64,000 bases of DNA from Eledone cirrhosa (taxonomy: Eukaryota), in the NCBI GenBank assembly GCA_964016885.1, contig OZ024746.1, positions 33,356,001 through 33,420,000 on the forward strand, written 5' to 3'. A model generated the notes under the pieces. It worked only from the letters and a program-made list of their open reading frames with translations, had not been told where the DNA came from and made no database searches. This document shows, one piece after another, positions 58,646-64,000 of this stretch. Position numbers and translations under genes: made by a program. Within the stretch, counting starts at the first letter, position 1; each line of letters opens with the position of its first letter.

Positions 58646-58859
58646 GTAGAATTCCCCAAACTAATCAGATCAGAGCAAACAGCACGGACACTATCTCAAA
58701 ATTATTTTTGAAAAGCATTTAGAAATGCGCAACCGGTAAAAACTTAAAAACTTAAAACCACAACTGAATACTAACCCATACAATCACTAATACTCTTTTA
58801 TTCCTAATTAAACCATTTTTCAACTGTGAACAATTTGTCAGCATTTTCTATTCCGTTTA

Positions 58860-58920
<61 letters not shown>

Positions 58921-59084
58921 TTATTTATTTATTAAAATAACAGATTAAAGTTTAAGCAAAGAATGGTTGCTTTCACCCTTAACGGTATCTTCTGAAACTA
59001 AAAAATTCAATCTGTGAACGCAGAAAGTAAATATGTCGTAAAACGTTGCAATCGAAGGAAGACAGGAAGACGATACTTTGGTTC

Positions 59085-59363
59085 GTGGAAACGTTCCCTG
59101 GCAAAGAACGAAAAAAAAACTAATATGATACGTCATTATTTGGAGCGGAGAAAACAATTACACGCAAAGACAAAACCAGGTTTATGGTATAAATGAAGTC
59201 GTAGACTAATATTGTATTAGGTGGTGCGTGGAGACGTTCTCTGGCAATGAACGAAAAAAACGAAGTTAATACGTCATGGTGTGGAACGATGAGAACAATT
59301 ACTAGCAATGACAAAACCACGTTTATGGTATAACTAAAGTCGTTGACTAAAATTCTATTTAGG
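59085..59363. repeat. ~143-bp diverged tandem duplication
   Basis: gtgga(a/g)acgttc..ggcaa..gacaaaacca.gtttatggtataa..gactaa twice. Confidence 0.85.
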
Positions 59364-59394
59364 AAACCGAATGATTCTCAGCTTTAGAGTTAAG

Positions 59395-59476
59395 AATAAT
59401 TGTTTCTACTATTGGCACAAGGCCAGCAATTACCAATTACTGGTACTTTATTTTATCGACCCCGTAAGGATGAAAA
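59395..59476 (-). mobile_element. Truncated SINE (3' half)
   Basis: Tail and body motifs. Confidence 0.75.
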
Positions 59477-60288
59477 ATGTAAATAACTTACAGAGGTAAT
59501 TGAAATCAACAAAAATATATACATGCACGCATCCATATACGTACATACACATGCATACTCGAAAACACCCGCCATGGGTATGCAAATACCAGCACGTACA
59601 CAAAAACACGCACGCACATACAGAACTCACGCAACGCCTGTACCCGCCCACATACGTATACACCAACTACACATAAAAATATATATAAAATATCTATATC
59701 TCTATATATATATATATATGTGTGTGTGTGTCTGCGTGTATACATATAATTAAATAAACGTAATAAATATACACACATAAATACGTATATAACGCGCGCA
59801 CACACATACCTACATGTAAATACACATATGTTGGCTAAACGTACGTCAACCAAAACACAAAGCACACATATACACACGCCCTAGATTCGTGCGAACCCGC
59901 ATACTCAAACAGACGCAAAGCTCACGTATATACATAACCATATGCACATGTACACGTATATATAATATAATATATACGCCTATAACATATACAAGCAAAT
60001 ATACGTACGAGAAAGTATACGTACCTTCAAAAAACATACAGGTAATATATACTTACCTATACAAATAAGTAATGGTATAAACATAACATATAATTAGCTA
60101 CCACATTAAGTGGTAAATTATCCGCGTATAGTTTGTACTATCCGTTAGGGTATAATGTGGGGCTGTAATACAGGAAAGGCTTGTGCAATTTATGTTTACA
60201 AGCCGAAATTGGTTAACGAACCCTAGTAGTAGCTGTGCTCTGCCGGTGACGGTCGTCACCTGTTTGTTCAACACTTGGATTTGAGGAA

Positions 60289-60329
60289 CAATCAACATGT
60301 TTCTGGATTATTACCCTTCATCAGGACTG
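60289..60329 (-). ncRNA. Minimal type I hammerhead
   Basis: Minus: cagtc CTGATGA agggt-aata-atcca GAAA catg TT gattg; palindromic stem III. Confidence 0.75.
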
Positions 60330-60514
60330 TATATCTCTCTGCAAATGTGTTGAATGGTTGAACATATACAGTATTTTCTTAAGTATCCATCGGCTGAATA
60401 GCCTCATTTGCATACCGAGCGAGTTGCGGCTGGCTTTGCCGAACATTAAAAATAAAATAAGGATTTTATTTCTCGCTCTAGCACAGCTGATACATGAATG
60501 TATGCATACATACG

Positions 60515-60549
<35 letters not shown>

Positions 60550-60616
60550 AGACATATGTACGTATATACATCTACATATACATCTACATATACACACGCA
60601 CATACACACACACACA

Positions 60617-60681
<65 letters not shown>

Positions 60682-62009
60682 ATAAATATATGTGTATTAC
60701 ATTTTAACTGATGTTATTCTTCACAACTACTGATGGTTTTTGTGGTGGACAGGGATAACATTAGATAGAATTATATTCTATTATCAATGGTGGGAGTTTA
60801 ATTATTTGCATTGTAACAGTAAGGTGAACGTCTATTCTAATTGTTTGAGCCAAAATACTACCAGATAACTAGACTATGTGTAGTATGTTTTTATTTTGAC
60901 AACAGTGCTGCATTTTGGGCGTGGATGAGCAAAACAAATAAAACAAAATACCTAGTAATGATAGAATCAATTTATTCATAAGTAAAAGTAACTGTGATGG
61001 GCAATCTGAGCTTTGCCACTGATGGCTATATAGAGTAAACTTAATTCCACTAAATACCTCAGTAGACACATTTTAAGCAGACACATTTTATGATCGAGTC
61101 CACAGTCAGAACGGGGGGGGGGGGTTAATAAAAAAGGGCTGATTGGTCAAGGCTAGTGTGCTCAAAATCACTGATTTGCTAGATGTAAGGTGACATGGAG
61201 GTAAACAATTATCAGCCCATTGATAATATAGAAAATTATTGTTAAAACCTATTTCATTTCGTAGACACCTTTAATAAATAATAATTCTCTGAGCATATGT
61301 TTTCTGTCTGTTAAATGAAAAATCGCGGCTAGACAGTATTATAAGTTATGTGTGGAGATTTTGCTTATATTTCTCTATTCAGATTTCTAAAGTTATGTCT
61401 GTCTGTAATGATGACGTTTATATATATATAATGTATTGTAATTAGAAAATGATACACACGCACACACTGGAGCTAGCACTTGCACAAACATTGCCAGACA
61501 TACATTTACATAGACAGACACCACGTACATACACACAAACTCACATTCTCTTATAAATATATGAGTCTGTGTGCGTATGTATATATGAGTTGTGTGCGTC
61601 AGTCCGTGTGTGTGCGTATGTTTATACATACAATTACGTAGTAGACATAAATATACATAACATAATTGAGAAGACACCTGCATGCATTCTGTCATATTCG
61701 AATGTGTTAGTATTTAAAAATATGTGACTGTCTCTGTATGTGTGTGTCTATTAACGAACATCTTTTAAGTATACACAGATATACACAGACTCGCATTAAA
61801 CAGACATAGCCGCAGTATATAATTACTTAAAGGAAAATTTGAACAATGGATTTGAAACAGAACATAAGGCAAATTTTGCTCACTCAGACACATTATATAT
61901 ATATATAATGTGGTTTTATATATATATATATATATATATATAAACAAATTAACACGAAAATAGAGTTATGAGACGCGAGTATATTATGATTTTCAGGAAA
62001 ATGGGAAAC

Positions 62010-62315
62010 TTCGGCGTATGGAAGCTGTTAGAAAAGCAAATTACCGTCGAATCGGCGTTGGGTAAAATATTACCTCGAAAGACAGAGATCAGCGGCTTGA
62101 TGTGAGTAGATTCGAAGGAAGGAAGAGAAGACAGGATGGAGGAAAAAAGAATGGATGAAAGAGAACAGGTCACAAACAATCTTTTTCCCTTCATCCTATC
62201 TTCTCTTCCTTCGAATCTACTCACATCGAGCCGCTGAAGTTTGTCCTTCGAGGTAATATTTCACCCAACGCCGGTTCGACGGTAATTTGCTGTTCTAACA
62301 GCTTACATACGCCGG
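62010..62315. repeat. ~300-bp imperfect inverted repeat
   Basis: cggcgtatggaagctgttagaa..gagtagattcgaaggaag / cttccttcgaatctactc..ttctaacagcttacatacgccg. Confidence 0.85.
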
Positions 62316-62322
62316 GTTTTTA

Positions 62323-62370
<48 letters not shown>

Positions 62371-62402
62371 ATGAATATATATATATGTATATGTATATAT
62401 AT

Positions 62403-62822
62403 ATAACGGCGATGAATTAGTTTTGCGAGGTTTTTTATATGAAATCGTGTGTCGAAACAAATATTGTTATGGTTGGGGAGGGTCATATTTGTGTAATATT
62501 GCCAGAATTAATAACAGAACACACTCACTAAAGATGGCGTAGACATACAATGTAACGGGAGGAAACAATAGCACCACTGACGATGTTGCAGATGTGCAAC
62601 GAAAGAGCTTTGATAAACTATATATATGTGTTTGTGTCTATATTGTATCTGTATTATTTTTGACCTTTGGTCAGTCAATGGCAACATTGAGGACCGAATA
62701 AATTAGATTACCGATATAAAAGACACAGAAGCGAAAAGCGAAAATCAACCAAACAGTGAGTGTGTTCTGTTATTAATTCTGGCAATATTACACAAATATG
62801 ACCCTCCCTAAGTATAACAATA
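62403..62822 (+). mobile_element. PLE-derived module family B with inverted 3' end at its 5' side; HHR at 62573-62614
   Basis: 62460-62530 is the reverse complement of 62755-62822; acca CTGACGA t gttgca-gatg-tgcaac GAAA gagc TT tgat. Confidence 0.75.
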
Positions 62823-62960
62823 TATATATATATAACGAAGGAAATGTGGTAAGGAACCCTCTTTCTCCTACTGGCAGGTTTAGCCACCATCTCCCCTACT
62901 AATTTGCAACCACAGAATTACTACTGATTTTTGAAAATCACTTTGACCATATATGGAATT

Positions 62961-63054
62961 ACCCCTTGAGAAGATCGGCTATTTAAATACCAGGATAAAT
63001 TTTCATTTAGTCCAGAATTAGCCGTCGAAACGGCTTGAGCTCAGCTGTCGGGGT
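62961..63054 (+). ncRNA. Type I hammerhead, U3-A8 core, long stems II and III (family E complete form)
   Basis: acccc TTGAGAA gatcggcta..37 nt..tagccgtc GAAA cggc-ttgagctca-gctg TC ggggt. Confidence 0.75.
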
Positions 63055-63064
63055 CTTACTGGTT

Positions 63065-63103
<39 letters not shown>

Positions 63104-63597
63104 TTTAAAGTACTAGGTCTCAGGGAGAATTTCTCCCAGACAGCCGAGAGCTGGCATTGTTAGTTTGAGGTTAGATCAGTAGATACAAAAGTACCGTCAG
63201 CTTTGCCTGTACCCACTTTAATAGCGGTAGGCTACTTCTGACTAATGGCCAAGTGGGAAGAACATTTGAGGTTGATGTGAAAAAGGTAATTGCTTCTCTC
63301 TCGCCCGTTTACTGAAATATGGACATGAGTGGCAAGCATAGTCAAATATAAAGAACCTACTCTGATGACACGCTTGTAGATTAAGAGACGAGAGCTGGAG
63401 TAGGGGTCATTTTCTCGAGCACTCATGCCTGCCGTGGCTTTGGAGGGATTTCTCTGCGTGTCTACAGCGTAAATCTCGCTCATTGTAGAATATTCTTTGT
63501 TTTAATTTATGGTTTTATTTATTTACATTTTTACATAAACCCATACTGCTTCAACCATAATTTCCTCGTCTTGTGAAATCATTGTGGTGAATAAAGA

Positions 63598-64000
63598 AAT
63601 AATAATTGTTTCTAATTCAGGCGCAAGAGCAGAAAATTGAAAGGGATGGACAATTCGATACCCATGACCGTTACTGGTGCATTAGTTTATCAACCCCTTA
63701 TGGATGAAAGGCAAAATTAACCTCGGCAGGATTTGAACTCAGAACATAAAGGGCCATAACTCTATTCTGCAAAGCATGGTGTCTGACGCTCTACCGATAC
63801 TGCCAGAAGTAATAATTGCTGCCCCTTTAGGCACATGGTCAACAATTTGGTGGCGAAATGTAAGTCGATTAAATCGACCCCAGCGCGTGACTGGTGCGTT
63901 ATTTTATCGAACCCGTAAGTATGAAAGGCAAAGTTAACCTCGGCCGGATTTGAACTCAGAACGTAAAGGGACATAACTCTCTGGCACAAAGCATAGTATC
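63598..64000 (-). mobile_element. Two tandem tRNA-derived SINEs (second runs off the window)
   Basis: Body, B-box and head motifs repeated at ~63700 and ~63920. Confidence 0.85.

Noticed and set aside
58428-59363. Repeats as a CRISPR-like array
   Set aside because: Two-copy tandem duplications without spacers, in eukaryotic context with no cas genes.

Overview
This is an AT-rich animal genomic window with dense microsatellites. The abundant tRNA-derived SINE resembles, from memory, the OK/OR SINEs of Octopus, so a cephalopod source is likely but unverified. I see no intact host gene, only two weak candidate micro-exons. Most ORFs in the track are translations of (TA)n, (CA)n or (TTC)n repeats. 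The window is mainly transposon remnants: a near full-length Penelope-like element (PLE, Naiad/Neptune-type) interrupted by a Vingi-like LINE; several PLE GIY-YIG/3' end fragments; mariner, Tc1-like and Chapaev3-like DNA transposon relics; RTE- and R4/Dong-like LINE relics; and at least 13 SINE copies. The most notable signal is about 18 type-I hammerhead ribozyme (HHR) motifs found by eye, from several unrelated families. Most lie in short modules inserted in (TA)n tracts and often arranged as fold-back palindromes. Three carry the compensated U3-A8 core, two families carry a U4C core, and three have very long stem II insertions. All calls were made by eye and boundaries are approximate.
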